A stretch of DNA of 42,129 bases from Candidatus Eiseniibacteriota bacterium (GTDB taxonomy: Bacteria; Eisenbacteria; RBG-16-71-46): positions 1-42,129 of the forward strand of contig JANLWX010000205.1 in assembly GCA_031364845.1 (NCBI GenBank), written 5' to 3'. Shown in pieces: positions 7,788 to 17,003 of the stretch; the first letter of the stretch is position 1, and every line of letters begins with the position of its first letter. The notes beneath the pieces were generated by a model, which was not told where the DNA came from, ran no database searches, and worked only from the letters and a program-made list of their open reading frames with translations. A program made the position numbers and the translations under genes.

Positions 7788-9608
7788 CTAGGCCCGGGTT
7801 CGTTTCTTCACGAACACGCGGTCGATGTTCCACAGCACGCGATGCGGGATCGCCGTCGGCTGCAGGTTGCCGAATGCGTTGCGGATCGGGATCTTGAGCT
7901 TCTGCACCGGCAGCCAGATGACGAAGCACTCGTCGTTCGTGATCTGGAGGATTCGCTTCCACTCATCGAGGCGCGCGCCGTCATCGGTCCCCGCGCGCAC
8001 GCTCGCGTAGAGCCGGTCGAGTTCCGCCTCGGCCGGAGTCTCGGGCGACGGCTGGCGCACGTTCCAGTAGTGCCGCAGCCCACCGGACGTGATGAAGTTG
8101 GCGTACATGCCGGGCTCGGGGGGTACGGCACTTCCGAGCCCGGCCAGGATCGCCTCGTACTGGAAGTCTTCGCGCAGATTCGTGGTCAGCGTGTTGAAGT
8201 CGACCGGGACCGGAACGCAGCGCAGTCCTATGCGTTCGAGATCGTCCTTCACCAGTGTCGCGATCGCGACGCGGACCGCGTTGTCGCTGTTGGTCTTGAG
8301 CGTGAAGGAAATCGGCACGCCGCGATCGTCCTCGCGCATGCCGTCGCCGTTGCGATCCTTCCACCCGAGGCTGTCGAGAATGCGGTTCGCACGCGCGGGA
8401 TCGTGATCCACGCCGATGACACCGAGATCGCCCCAGCGATGCGATCCGACCGAGGGCGCGGACCAGTTCTTCACGGCTTCGCCGAAGAACGGACCGCGGA
8501 TGATGGCGTCGCGATCGATCGCACTCGACACCGCGCGGCGGAATGCGCGATTGGCGAACCAGTGATACTTGTCCGGCGGAACGAGCGCATCGCCGATGCG
8601 TTTGCCGGGCTTCGCTTCACGCACGCGGTTGAGATTGAACCACAGGAAGTTCGTGGTGAGCGACGGCCCGAGATCGTGCAGCGAATAGTCGCCCGCGTCC
8701 ATGCCGTCGATGTAGGTCTTGTAGTCCTCGGGCTTCACGTTGTCGAGCGCGTCGACATCGCCCGCCTGAAACTTGAGGGCCGCAGTGCTCTGGTCCGGCA
8801 CCACCAGGAAAACGAGCTCGTCGAGATACGGGAGCCGCTGCCCGTCGCGGTCGACGCCGAGCCAGAACGGATTGCGCTCGAGCACCACCTTCTCCCCCGG
8901 CACGTAGCGCCGCAAACGAAATGCGCCGCTCGTCACGAGGCTCTCAGGAGCGGTCGTGACCGCGTAGGCCGACGCGAAGCGCCCGCGGCGATGCGCCGCT
9001 TCGAGCACGTGGCGCGGAAGAATACGCAGCGCGCCGATGCTGGCGACCGCGAGCGAATGCGGGCCCGGCATCCGGGTCACGACGGTGTAGGAGTCGGGCG
9101 CCGAAACCTCGAACGGGCGGCCATCGACCATCAGCAGATCGCGCAGCGACGGACCGAGTTCGGCGTCGTACACCAGCTCGAACATGAACATCACATCGGA
9201 CGAGGTGATGGGATGCCCGTCCGAGAACCGCGCGCCGTGCCTCAAGTGCCAGGTGTAAGTGAGGCCGTCGGCGCTCACGTCCCACGACTTTGCCAGCAGC
9301 GGGTAGACGGTCTGACTCGCGTTGTCGAACTCGGCGAGCCCGGCGTACATGAGATTGTTGACGTCGTTCGACGACTGCTCGCCCGCCATCAGCGGATTGA
9401 AGGTCTTGGGAGCATTCGTGGTGGCGATGACGAACCGCCCGCCGTGGGTACCGACTTCTGCGGTCGGGAACCTGAGCGTGTCCTGCGGCAGCGGATTCGT
9501 ATCGTGCCATGCCGCCTTCGGTGCTGCGGACCCTCCGCAACCGGAGGCCGCAGCACCGAAGGCGAACATGAGCCAGGCTGCGGTGTGCCGCAGCCGGAAG
9601 CGCTTCAT
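7788..9608 (-). CDS. ABC transporter substrate-binding lipoprotein, family 5 (paralogue 2)
   Basis: Start re-called at MKRFRLRH (ATGA overlap with upstream stop); lipobox-like ASGC; PKTFNP, LAKSWDVSADGLTYTWHLRHGARFSDGHPIT, LERNP, LPYLD. Confidence 0.93.
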   Translation of the reverse strand: MKRFRLRHTAAWLMFAFGAAASGCGGSAAPKAAWHDTNPLPQDTLRFPTAEVGTHGGRFVIATTNAPKTFNPLMAGEQSSNDVNNLMYAGLAEFDNASQTVYPLLAKSWDVSADGLTYTWHLRHGARFSDGHPITSSDVMFMFELVYDAELGPSLRDLLMVDGRPFEVSAPDSYTVVTRMPGPHSLAVASIGALRILPRHVLEAAHRRGRFASAYAVTTAPESLVTSGAFRLRRYVPGEKVVLERNPFWLGVDRDGQRLPYLDELVFLVVPDQSTAALKFQAGDVDALDNVKPEDYKTYIDGMDAGDYSLHDLGPSLTTNFLWFNLNRVREAKPGKRIGDALVPPDKYHWFANRAFRRAVSSAIDRDAIIRGPFFGEAVKNWSAPSVGSHRWGDLGVIGVDHDPARANRILDSLGWKDRNGDGMREDDRGVPISFTLKTNSDNAVRVAIATLVKDDLERIGLRCVPVPVDFNTLTTNLREDFQYEAILAGLGSAVPPEPGMYANFITSGGLRHYWNVRQPSPETPAEAELDRLYASVRAGTDDGARLDEWKRILQITNDECFVIWLPVQKLKIPIRNAFGNLQPTAIPHRVLWNIDRVFVKKRTRA

Positions 9609-11428
9609 GCGCGGGCCCGCGCCTTCGCGAAGACCTGGTGGATGTTCCACAGCACCCGATGCGGAATCACGCTCGGCCTCAAGTTGCCGAACTTGTCGCG
9701 GATCGGGATCTCGGCCTTCAACGTGGGCAGCCATACGATGAAGCCCTGCTGGTTCACGATGTTCTGCACCTCGAGCCACATCTTCTTGCGCGCCTCGATA
9801 TCGGTGGTCTCCGCCATCGCGTCCATGAGCCGGTCGATCTCGGCTTCCGCAGGGGTTTCAGGCTTCGGCTGGCGGATGTTCCAGTAGTGCGTGAGGCCGC
9901 TCGACTTCCACACATTCTGGCCGAGCGCGGGCTCGGGCGGAGTTCCGCTCTGGAGTCCGAGCAGGCCCGCTTCGTACTGGAAGTCCTGGCGGAAGTTCGT
10001 GATCAGCGTGTTGAAATCGACCGGGGTCGGGATGCAGCGGATGCCGACCTTCGCGAGATCGTCCTTGATCAGATTCATCATCGCGCTGCGCACGGCGTTG
10101 TCGCCGTTGCTCTTCAGCGTGAAACTGATCGGGTGTCCACCCTGGTCCTCGAGAATTCCGTCGCCGTCGGTGTCCTTCCAGCCGAGCCCGGCGAGCAGCT
10201 GCTTGGCTCTTTCGGGATCGTGGTCGTCGTGAACGACGTCCGGCGAGTACCACATCGTGTTGCCGGCGGTGGACTGCGACCAGTTCTTCACACCGTCGCC
10301 GAAGAACGGACCGCGGATGATCGCCTCGCGGTCGATCGCCATCGACACCGCCCGGCGGAACTCGGGCTTCGAGAACCACGCGTAGCGCACCGGATCGATC
10401 TGCGGATCGCCGATCTTCTTGCCGGGCTTTGCCTCCCGAACTTTGTTCAGATTGAACCACACGAAATTGGTCGAGAGCGCGGGCCCGAGCGGATACACCG
10501 TGTACGCCCCGCGTTTCTGGCCCTCGCGGTTAGTCTTGTAATCCTCGGGCTTCACGTTGTCGAGCGCATCCAGATCGCCCGACTGGAATTTGAGGGCGGC
10601 AGTGTTCTGATCGGGAACGATCAGGTACACCAGCTCGTCGAGGTACGGCAGCCGCTGCCCCTTGGCGTCGACTCCCAGCCAGTACGGATTGCGCTCGAGC
10701 ACCGTCTTCTCACCCGGCGCGTACTGCTTGAGCTTCCACGCGCCGCTCGTGACCAGGCTCTCGGGCGGTGTGTTGACACCGAACACCGAGGCGAAATCCC
10801 CGCGACGATAGGCGGCGTCCAACCGGTGCTTGGGCACGATGTAGAGCGAAGCGAGCACCGACGGCAGCACCGCGTAAGGTGAGGGCAGCTTCATCACCAC
10901 CGTGAACGAGTCCGGCGCCGAGAGCTGGATCTTCTGCCCGCGCACCTCGACCAGATCCTGAACCGCCGGGTGAAGCGTTTCGTCGTAGGCGATCTCGAAG
11001 CTGAACAGCACGTCGTCGGCCGAGATCGGATGGCCGTCGGAGAACGCCGCCCCGCGCCTCAGATGGAACGTCCAGGTCAAGGCATCCGGGCTCATCTCCC
11101 ACGACTTGGCGAGCTCGGGGTAGAGCTCTTCACGCGCGTTGTCGTAGTTGACGAGGTAGGCGAACATCCGCGTGTTGATGTCCGACGAGGAGGTCTCGTT
11201 CGCCATCAGCGGATTGAACGTCTTGGGCGGATTGGTCTGGCCGATCACGAACCGGCCGCCGTAGGTTCCAATCTCGGGGGCCCAGAACGTGAGCGTGTCG
11301 ATCGGGAGCGGATGCGGATCCTGGTACGTGCTGCGGGCGTGCGTGGTCTTGGAACCGCAGCCGGCGAGGAGCGCCGCCGCACCCAGTGCCAGCGCGCTGG
11401 CCGCAGCGAGTTTCCCAAATCGCATCAT
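9605..11428 (-). CDS. ABC transporter substrate-binding lipoprotein, family 5 (paralogue 1)
   Basis: Start re-called at MMRFGK after a G-rich RBS; lipobox LAGC; same family-5 motifs as 7788-9608. Confidence 0.93.
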   Translation of the reverse strand: MMRFGKLAAASALALGAAALLAGCGSKTTHARSTYQDPHPLPIDTLTFWAPEIGTYGGRFVIGQTNPPKTFNPLMANETSSSDINTRMFAYLVNYDNAREELYPELAKSWEMSPDALTWTFHLRRGAAFSDGHPISADDVLFSFEIAYDETLHPAVQDLVEVRGQKIQLSAPDSFTVVMKLPSPYAVLPSVLASLYIVPKHRLDAAYRRGDFASVFGVNTPPESLVTSGAWKLKQYAPGEKTVLERNPYWLGVDAKGQRLPYLDELVYLIVPDQNTAALKFQSGDLDALDNVKPEDYKTNREGQKRGAYTVYPLGPALSTNFVWFNLNKVREAKPGKKIGDPQIDPVRYAWFSKPEFRRAVSMAIDREAIIRGPFFGDGVKNWSQSTAGNTMWYSPDVVHDDHDPERAKQLLAGLGWKDTDGDGILEDQGGHPISFTLKSNGDNAVRSAMMNLIKDDLAKVGIRCIPTPVDFNTLITNFRQDFQYEAGLLGLQSGTPPEPALGQNVWKSSGLTHYWNIRQPKPETPAEAEIDRLMDAMAETTDIEARKKMWLEVQNIVNQQGFIVWLPTLKAEIPIRDKFGNLRPSVIPHRVLWNIHQVFAKARARA

Positions 11429-11460
11429 GAATCCCCCCTGACCCGTTGCGTGAAATGGAG

Positions 11461-12303
11461 TTATCGAAGCGCGGCAGTATAGGAACCGGATTCGGGCGGG
11501 GTCAACAGAAACGCTCCCGCCGCGCCATCGAGCCGACGGGCGCCCGGCAGTTCCGACGCGAGGACGTCCGCCCAGCGTTCGAGCGGCGCCTCGGGTTCGA
11601 GGTACTGGCCAGCTTCGATCGCGCGCGACTCGAGCGTTGCGCGAGCGGCCTCCTGATGGTCGCGATCGATCGCCAGATAGTCCGTGACCCGCAGGTGGCC
11701 CTTCCCGAGCAGCACGCTGCCCTGTTGCAGCAGCGCGCGGGCGGTACGCCGCTGGGCGCTGCCCACCAGCTTGCGGCCCTCGAGCACGACTTCGTGACGC
11801 GCGGTCGACGCAAAGCACGGTGCGGCGGGCGCAGGCTTCGCGGATGATGTCGTCGCGGCAATCCCGTGGTGCCGATCCGCCGTAAGTGCATCGTCTGCCA
11901 TCGCCACGGGGCGAGCGGTGGCGGCAGCGTGCTGCGCCGGAATGCCGAGCCGGATCAACGACCGGACAAGGAGTCTGGAGATCGCGTCATAGGATTGCGT
12001 GAGCGAGCCGCCCCATTGCGCATCCTCGAGCCGCGCGGCGAGTGAATAAGTCCACTCCTCGGCGTGGAAGATCGCGCGCCCGCCGGTGGGCCGCACCGCC
12101 CACGGCACGCCCGCGGCGCGGCAGCCATCGAGGTCGAGTTCCCACTCCGGCCGTTGCGCGTAGCCGAGCGTGATGCCATACGGACGGAAGCGGAACAGCC
12201 GCAGAACGGGTTCGGCATCGACCGCTTCGGCGCGCGAAAGCAACAGCGCATCGCGATGCATGTTCTCCGCCGGATCGTGGTCGCCGTCACACCACAGGAT
12301 CAT
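11461..12303 (-). CDS. Lipoate-protein ligase / octanoyltransferase family protein (LplA/LipM-like)
   Basis: AENMHRDALLL, PVLRLF, VRPTGGRAIFH, PCF, GRKLVGSAQRR, LLQQGS; catalytic-domain length only. Confidence 0.88.
   Translation of the reverse strand: MILWCDGDHDPAENMHRDALLLSRAEAVDAEPVLRLFRFRPYGITLGYAQRPEWELDLDGCRAAGVPWAVRPTGGRAIFHAEEWTYSLAARLEDAQWGGSLTQSYDAISRLLVRSLIRLGIPAQHAAATARPVAMADDALTADRHHGIAATTSSAKPAPAAPCFASTARHEVVLEGRKLVGSAQRRTARALLQQGSVLLGKGHLRVTDYLAIDRDHQEAARATLESRAIEAGQYLEPEAPLERWADVLASELPGARRLDGAAGAFLLTPPESGSYTAALR
11476..11505 (-). promoter_or_regulatory. sigma70-type promoter for the peptide ABC operon, inside the 3' end of the lipoyl ligase gene
   Basis: Minus strand TTGACC-N18-TATACT. 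Confidence 0.72.
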
Positions 12304-12331
12304 GACCGCGGCACTGCGATGGAGATCGCGC

Positions 12332-13021
12332 TCAGCGCAGACCGAGCCAGTTCTCGAGCAGGAACTGGAAGCGTCCGATGAGCAGAGAGATGCGCGACAT
12401 CACGGTGTAGCCGTAGCCCGCGCCGAAGCCGACCATCAGGAAGTAGATACCGAGCTTGGACGCCACGCCGAGCGCACCCTTGTGCTCGCGGCTGAAGAAG
12501 AAGAACAGCAGCGACGTGATGAGCCCGACCGTGAACACAATCGCGCTGATCGTGCCGCCGATCGTGGGCATCAGGATCGGCTGGAGGCTCGCCTGTACCT
12601 GGGCCACGAAATCGCCCTGCGCGAAGCCGGTGGTCTTGATGCCGGCGTAGACGCCGATGATCACGGCGAGCGGCCAGCGCGACAGCCACCCGATCTTTCC
12701 CATCAGGCGCGTGAACAGCAGCAGTCCGAGAATTCCGGTGAAGATCAGGAATCCACGATAGTCACCGACTTCGGCGGCGAACATTCCCGTGTGAGCGGCG
12801 TTGACGCCGGTGCCGCGGAACGCCTTGCCCAGCGGCAAAATCAGGTTCGGATAGATGACCGTCCAGAAGTTGAGGATGATGTAGTAGCCACCCGACACGC
12901 CCACGAACAGATGCTCGGCGAACTTGTAGAGCGGGTTGTCCTTGTAGAGGAAGCTGAAAACGAACAACGTCAGCGCGGCCGCGACCCATACCGCGAAGTC
13001 GGTCGAAATGTGCAGGCTCAT
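12332..13021 (-). CDS. Hypothetical integral membrane protein (about 6-7 TM), GlmL-like module
   Basis: Start re-called at MSLHIST (ATGA overlap); SFLYKDNPLYKFAEHLFVGVSGGY, FLMVGFGAGYGYTVMSRISLLIGR; mostly hydrophobic. Confidence 0.85.
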   Translation of the reverse strand: MSLHISTDFAVWVAAALTLFVFSFLYKDNPLYKFAEHLFVGVSGGYYIILNFWTVIYPNLILPLGKAFRGTGVNAAHTGMFAAEVGDYRGFLIFTGILGLLLFTRLMGKIGWLSRWPLAVIIGVYAGIKTTGFAQGDFVAQVQASLQPILMPTIGGTISAIVFTVGLITSLLFFFFSREHKGALGVASKLGIYFLMVGFGAGYGYTVMSRISLLIGRFQFLLENWLGLR

Positions 13022-13836
13022 GCCGTCTCCCGCCGCTTCGACCGGCGCACCAGGTTGCCGAGGACGATGCAAAGTGCGACGAACACGTGTCCGAGCGACT
13101 GCGCGTCCATGCCCTTGGTCGCCGAGCCGCTCTCACCGCGCGACTTCTCGTATTCGGCCGCCCCCGCCATCCCTCCGAGCAGACCCTGCAGCTGGCCCGA
13201 CTGCAGATACGGATAGAACTCGGGCGCGCTCACCGCGGTCACACCCGCGACCATCGGCAGGTGGAACCGCGCCTGCACCTGTTGCACCCATTCCTTGGTG
13301 CCGGGATAGCCGGCGGAGATGTTCACCAGCAGCGGGAACGTCGAATAGTCGCGCACGTTGCGCATGATCGGGAACCTGCGCGTGTCGCCTCCGGTGTAGT
13401 CGCGTGGGAATGCGTTCGCGATGCCCTGCCCCATCACGACCATCACCGCTTCGTTGCCGGCCTTGTAGCCGAGATTGATCCAGTCGGTCCCGTACACCTT
13501 GCCCGGAAATTCCTTCGCGGTCTCGCGCGTGATGCTGTCGACCAGTCCGGGACCCGCGTTCCACAGCACCGTGATCACGATCTTGCAGTCCTTCGACAGC
13601 AGATGGCGCATGGCGGTGCGCGTCATCGGCACCATTTCGGGGATGGCACTGGGATCGTAATCGCACGACATCAGCACGGTGGATCCGTTCGGCACCTTGT
13701 CGATGCCATCACGGAAGCCCAGCACTTCCTTGGAGACCGTGAGCGGAAGCGAGAGCGGGAACAGCAGCGGAAAGAACACCAGAAGTCCCATGACGAGGAA
13801 GATCCAGCGGCGGTCGAGGTTTTCGAGCCACTTCAT
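13018..13836 (-). CDS. Hypothetical membrane-anchored protein (N- and C-terminal TM, central alpha/beta domain), GlmL-like module
   Basis: Start re-called at MKWLENLDRRWIF after GGGGAGG; DYDPS..PEM, DWINLGYKAG, PYLQSGQLQGLLGGMAGAAEYE. Confidence 0.85.
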   Translation of the reverse strand: MKWLENLDRRWIFLVMGLLVFFPLLFPLSLPLTVSKEVLGFRDGIDKVPNGSTVLMSCDYDPSAIPEMVPMTRTAMRHLLSKDCKIVITVLWNAGPGLVDSITRETAKEFPGKVYGTDWINLGYKAGNEAVMVVMGQGIANAFPRDYTGGDTRRFPIMRNVRDYSTFPLLVNISAGYPGTKEWVQQVQARFHLPMVAGVTAVSAPEFYPYLQSGQLQGLLGGMAGAAEYEKSRGESGSATKGMDAQSLGHVFVALCIVLGNLVRRSKRRETA

Positions 13837-13840
13837 GAGA

Positions 13841-14503
13841 TCAATCCTCCCCACTCAGGTACGATCGCTCGATCCCGAGGATCACGCGCAGGCCGGTCGC
13901 CATGACGCCGAGTGCCGCGCCGATCAGAATCGCCCGTTTCGCTGCATTCTGCGGGAAGTTCATGATCCAGTCCTGCATTACGCTCAAGTGCAGCGCGTCG
14001 GGCAGGAAACCCGTGAACTTGTCTCCGACCGGCACGCGTCCGAGCATCACGATCAGTGCGGCGACCGCGAGCAGGCCGGCCTCGACCGTGCGGATCCGGA
14101 ACGCGCGGAATGCCGCCGAGGCGATGAAGAACGCGAGCAGCGAGAACAGCGTCGCCGACATCGGCGAATAGATCGTGTCGTAGATCCACTTGGAGCGCGT
14201 GCCCTGGTTGAGGAAGCCACCGTCGTGCGCGATGCCGTCGAGCGCCCCGACGCCGACCGTGATCAGCAGCGAGACCACGAGCAGAATCTTGTACTGCCAG
14301 TCAGGCGAGCGCTTGGAGATCGCGTCGAGATTGATGCGCAGCACGTTCGCGCCGCCGAGCACATAGCCGAATGCGACCACTACGATCGCGGTCGCCTGCA
14401 GGAAGTCGGCGGGGACGCTCACCCACTGATGGGGCACGAAGAACGACAGGATCATGAACAGGCCGATCACGGCCGTCATCAGCAGCGGGAGCTCGCGTTT
14501 CAT
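13841..14503 (-). CDS. Hypothetical integral membrane protein (about 6 TM), GlmL-like module
   Basis: SPMSATLFSLLAFFIASAAFRAFRIRTVEA, LGRVPVG, AAKRAILIGAALG, LRVILGIERSY. Confidence 0.85.
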   Translation of the reverse strand: MKRELPLLMTAVIGLFMILSFFVPHQWVSVPADFLQATAIVVVAFGYVLGGANVLRINLDAISKRSPDWQYKILLVVSLLITVGVGALDGIAHDGGFLNQGTRSKWIYDTIYSPMSATLFSLLAFFIASAAFRAFRIRTVEAGLLAVAALIVMLGRVPVGDKFTGFLPDALHLSVMQDWIMNFPQNAAKRAILIGAALGVMATGLRVILGIERSYLSGED

Positions 14504-14515
14504 CCGGTCACGCTC

Positions 14516-15739
14516 CTACTGGGTTTCCATCCACTTCGTGAACCCGTGGATGCCCATGGTTTCGAGCACGCATCCGACGAGGACCGAGAGGATGATGAGG
14601 ATCTTCATGTAGTCGGCGCCCTTGAGGCTGCCGACGCGCTTCGGATCGCCGGACAGATAGGCGCTCGCGGCGAACAATTCCTCACCGATCAGCGTGTAGT
14701 CGCACGCCACGACGAAGAACGGCAACTGGTGCACGTTGGCGGTGCCGGCGACCTGGATCGCGCCGGTCGAGAAACCGGTCTCGGCGAGCAGCAGCGACTC
14801 GGCGTAGAAGGCGCCCATGAAGATGTGTGCGGCCGGCTTGTCGCGCAGCATGATGCCGGTCACGGCCGCGACGTAGGCGAACTGCTCGGGCGTGATGAAA
14901 CGCACGCTGTTGGGATCGTACTGATCCGGTTTGCCGGCGTGCAGATACCCCGCCTTCACCATTTCTTCTGCGATCGTGAACGGAATCGGGTAGGTGACGG
15001 GCACCGTGATCGGCGTCTCGTACTTCGCCGTGAGTTTGGCGACGTTCTCGAGGATCACGAGGCCGGCGACGGTCTGGATCTCGTCGATGTCGAGGATGCC
15101 CGGAATGTAGAGCACCGAGCGGCCCATCTCGGTGGCGCGGCCGATCGCTTCTTCGATCGCGTCGATGCCGGGAATGCGGCGCACGAACGGCTTCTTGCCG
15201 CTCTGGGCACTGGCCATGAAGTACAGCACGAAGCCGAAGAACAGGATCGTGCCCACGAGCACGCTGTAGCGGCCGTTGTTGAACCACTGGGACGTGGCGC
15301 GCAGCGGACCGGTGACGCTGCCGGCCGGTACGACCTGCGTGAGGTTGTAGGTGCTGATGCGATAGAAGTAGTCGGTGTTGCGCCGGACCGACTGATCCGT
15401 GTACGCCGTCACGCCGGCCGCGAGCGAGTCCACACGCTGCCACGGTCCGGTGGGATCCTCGGCGCGATCGACGTAGTAGCCGACCACCTTGCCGACGCTG
15501 TCGTCCGGCGAGGCCTTCCACGTGAGCGCGAGCGAACGTCCGGCATCGTTGTCGACGTCGGTCCCGAGGAGCCCCGAGGCCGGCGCGAGCGATGCCGCGG
15601 CCACGACGGCCGTGTCGGCCGGTGCCTGGGCCAGGGCCAGGGCAGGGTTCGCAAACAGCGCGATGACGATCGAGACGACGCCGAGTCCGAGGGCGATCAG
15701 ACCCGTTCCGCAGTGCGGTGCGCGTCGCATCATGGCCAT
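14516..15739 (-). CDS. Membrane protein with signal peptide, fibronectin type III-like domain, TM helix and C-terminal domain (DUF6754-like, from recall)
   Basis: Start re-called after GGGGAGG (15739 or 15733). FN3-like pattern LTWKASPD...GYYVDR...YTD...YFYRI; TM VLVGTILFFGFVLYF; then VRRIPGIDAIEEAIGRATEMGR...FYAESLLLAETG...QVAGT...QLPFFVVACDYTLIGEELFAASAYL. Confidence 0.85.
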   Translation of the reverse strand: MAMMRRAPHCGTGLIALGLGVVSIVIALFANPALALAQAPADTAVVAAASLAPASGLLGTDVDNDAGRSLALTWKASPDDSVGKVVGYYVDRAEDPTGPWQRVDSLAAGVTAYTDQSVRRNTDYFYRISTYNLTQVVPAGSVTGPLRATSQWFNNGRYSVLVGTILFFGFVLYFMASAQSGKKPFVRRIPGIDAIEEAIGRATEMGRSVLYIPGILDIDEIQTVAGLVILENVAKLTAKYETPITVPVTYPIPFTIAEEMVKAGYLHAGKPDQYDPNSVRFITPEQFAYVAAVTGIMLRDKPAAHIFMGAFYAESLLLAETGFSTGAIQVAGTANVHQLPFFVVACDYTLIGEELFAASAYLSGDPKRVGSLKGADYMKILIILSVLVGCVLETMGIHGFTKWMETQ

Positions 15740-15816
15740 CGAACCTCCCCTGACGGGTGATGGGCTCCATAAAAAACAGGAAATCGTGCCGCGGCTCCGG
15801 CACGATCGCGTGCGCG

Positions 15817-15846
15817 AAGCTAGCAGCGCCGCCGAATTTCTGTCAA
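15817..15846 (-). promoter_or_regulatory. sigma70-type internal promoter upstream of the four membrane-protein genes
   Basis: Minus strand TTGACA-N18-TAGCTT with extended -10 TG. Confidence 0.72.
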
Positions 15847-15877
15847 CGAACATGCGACCGGCGCGGCATCCGGCGGG

Positions 15878-17002
15878 TCATGGCGCGATCAGTTCCACGT
15901 TTGCGCGCGGCACCATCGCGCGCGATCGATCGTCTGCGAACTCGACCACCAGCACGCGGACCTTGGTCTCCGACTCGAGCACCTGGAGTTCGGCGGGCAA
16001 CTCGACGACATTGCCGATGCGCCCGAAATACGGCTCGCGGATGACACGCAGCAGCGAACCGATCTCGAGGCCCATCGAGGCATCGCCATCCGCGGCATCG
16101 GTGGCCGCGGCGGCGCGCGGGATCAGGATCTCGGGCCGCATCACGCCGGCGCGGATCTGGGTTGCGCCGCTCACGCACGCGAGTTGACCGGCGTTCCCCG
16201 ACAACAACGCCCACGTGCGCTCCGCCATGCGGATGTGACCGAATCCTTCGGTGAGGACCAGCGTGAAGCCGAGATCCTCGGAGCCGGTGATGGCCACGCC
16301 GAGGTCCTTGCCCAGCAACTGGCGCAGGTCGTGATCATCGAAGCCGCCGACCACGACCGCGACCGCGCCCACTTCACGCGCGCGCATCAGGGCCGCATGC
16401 GAGACGTGCGACCCTCCCACCACGACCTTGCCCCGGTGCTCCGGCTTGAAGTGCCCGGGCGTCAGCGCCTCATCGGGCGAGGACGCGGCGATCGCGATTT
16501 CGCCGAACGTCTCGCCGCCGACTCCGAAGATGCCCTGTAGGAATGCGGCGTGCGCTTCGACGATCACGCCCTCACCCGGGATCACTTCGGCCACCACGCC
16601 ATGGACGTAGGCATTGACCTCGACCGGGATTGGCGGCTCGCGCAGGATCAATTGACCCGTCACTGTGGAAACGCTCTCGAGCGTTCCATCCACAGGCGCG
16701 GTCGCGGAGTTCTTGACCATCCCGAACAGGCTCTTCGCGGTCGCGATGATCTCGTCCTTCTTGACCTTGGAACCGATCGGCCGCACCAGCGCTTCGGCGA
16801 CCTTGGCCGGATCGACCGACAACTTGGACGCGAGGTTCACGGTCTGAACGTTGCCGGGAAGTTCGGTGCGCGCGACCACGGTGTCGGCCGCGACGCGGTC
16901 GCCCTGAGCGACCAGCACGTCGCCCTTGAGCGGCAGCCGCCGCTCGCGGCGCAGCACGGTGTGTTCGGTGACGCGCAGACCGGGAGTGTAGGCGTGTGCC
17001 AC
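15878..17002 (-). CDS. Hypothetical protein with repeated barrel-sandwich-hybrid motifs, a central alpha/beta domain and a C-terminal KOW-like domain
   Basis: VLVAQGDRVAADTVVA, IGSKVKKDEIIA...APVDGTLESV, AYVHGVVAEV; LTEGFG; IGSLLRVIREPYFGRIGNV; GTG start with GGAGG. Confidence 0.85.
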   Translation of the reverse strand: MAHAYTPGLRVTEHTVLRRERRLPLKGDVLVAQGDRVAADTVVARTELPGNVQTVNLASKLSVDPAKVAEALVRPIGSKVKKDEIIATAKSLFGMVKNSATAPVDGTLESVSTVTGQLILREPPIPVEVNAYVHGVVAEVIPGEGVIVEAHAAFLQGIFGVGGETFGEIAIAASSPDEALTPGHFKPEHRGKVVVGGSHVSHAALMRAREVGAVAVVVGGFDDHDLRQLLGKDLGVAITGSEDLGFTLVLTEGFGHIRMAERTWALLSGNAGQLACVSGATQIRAGVMRPEILIPRAAAATDAADGDASMGLEIGSLLRVIREPYFGRIGNVVELPAELQVLESETKVRVLVVEFADDRSRAMVPRANVELIAP

Positions 17003-17003
17003 G

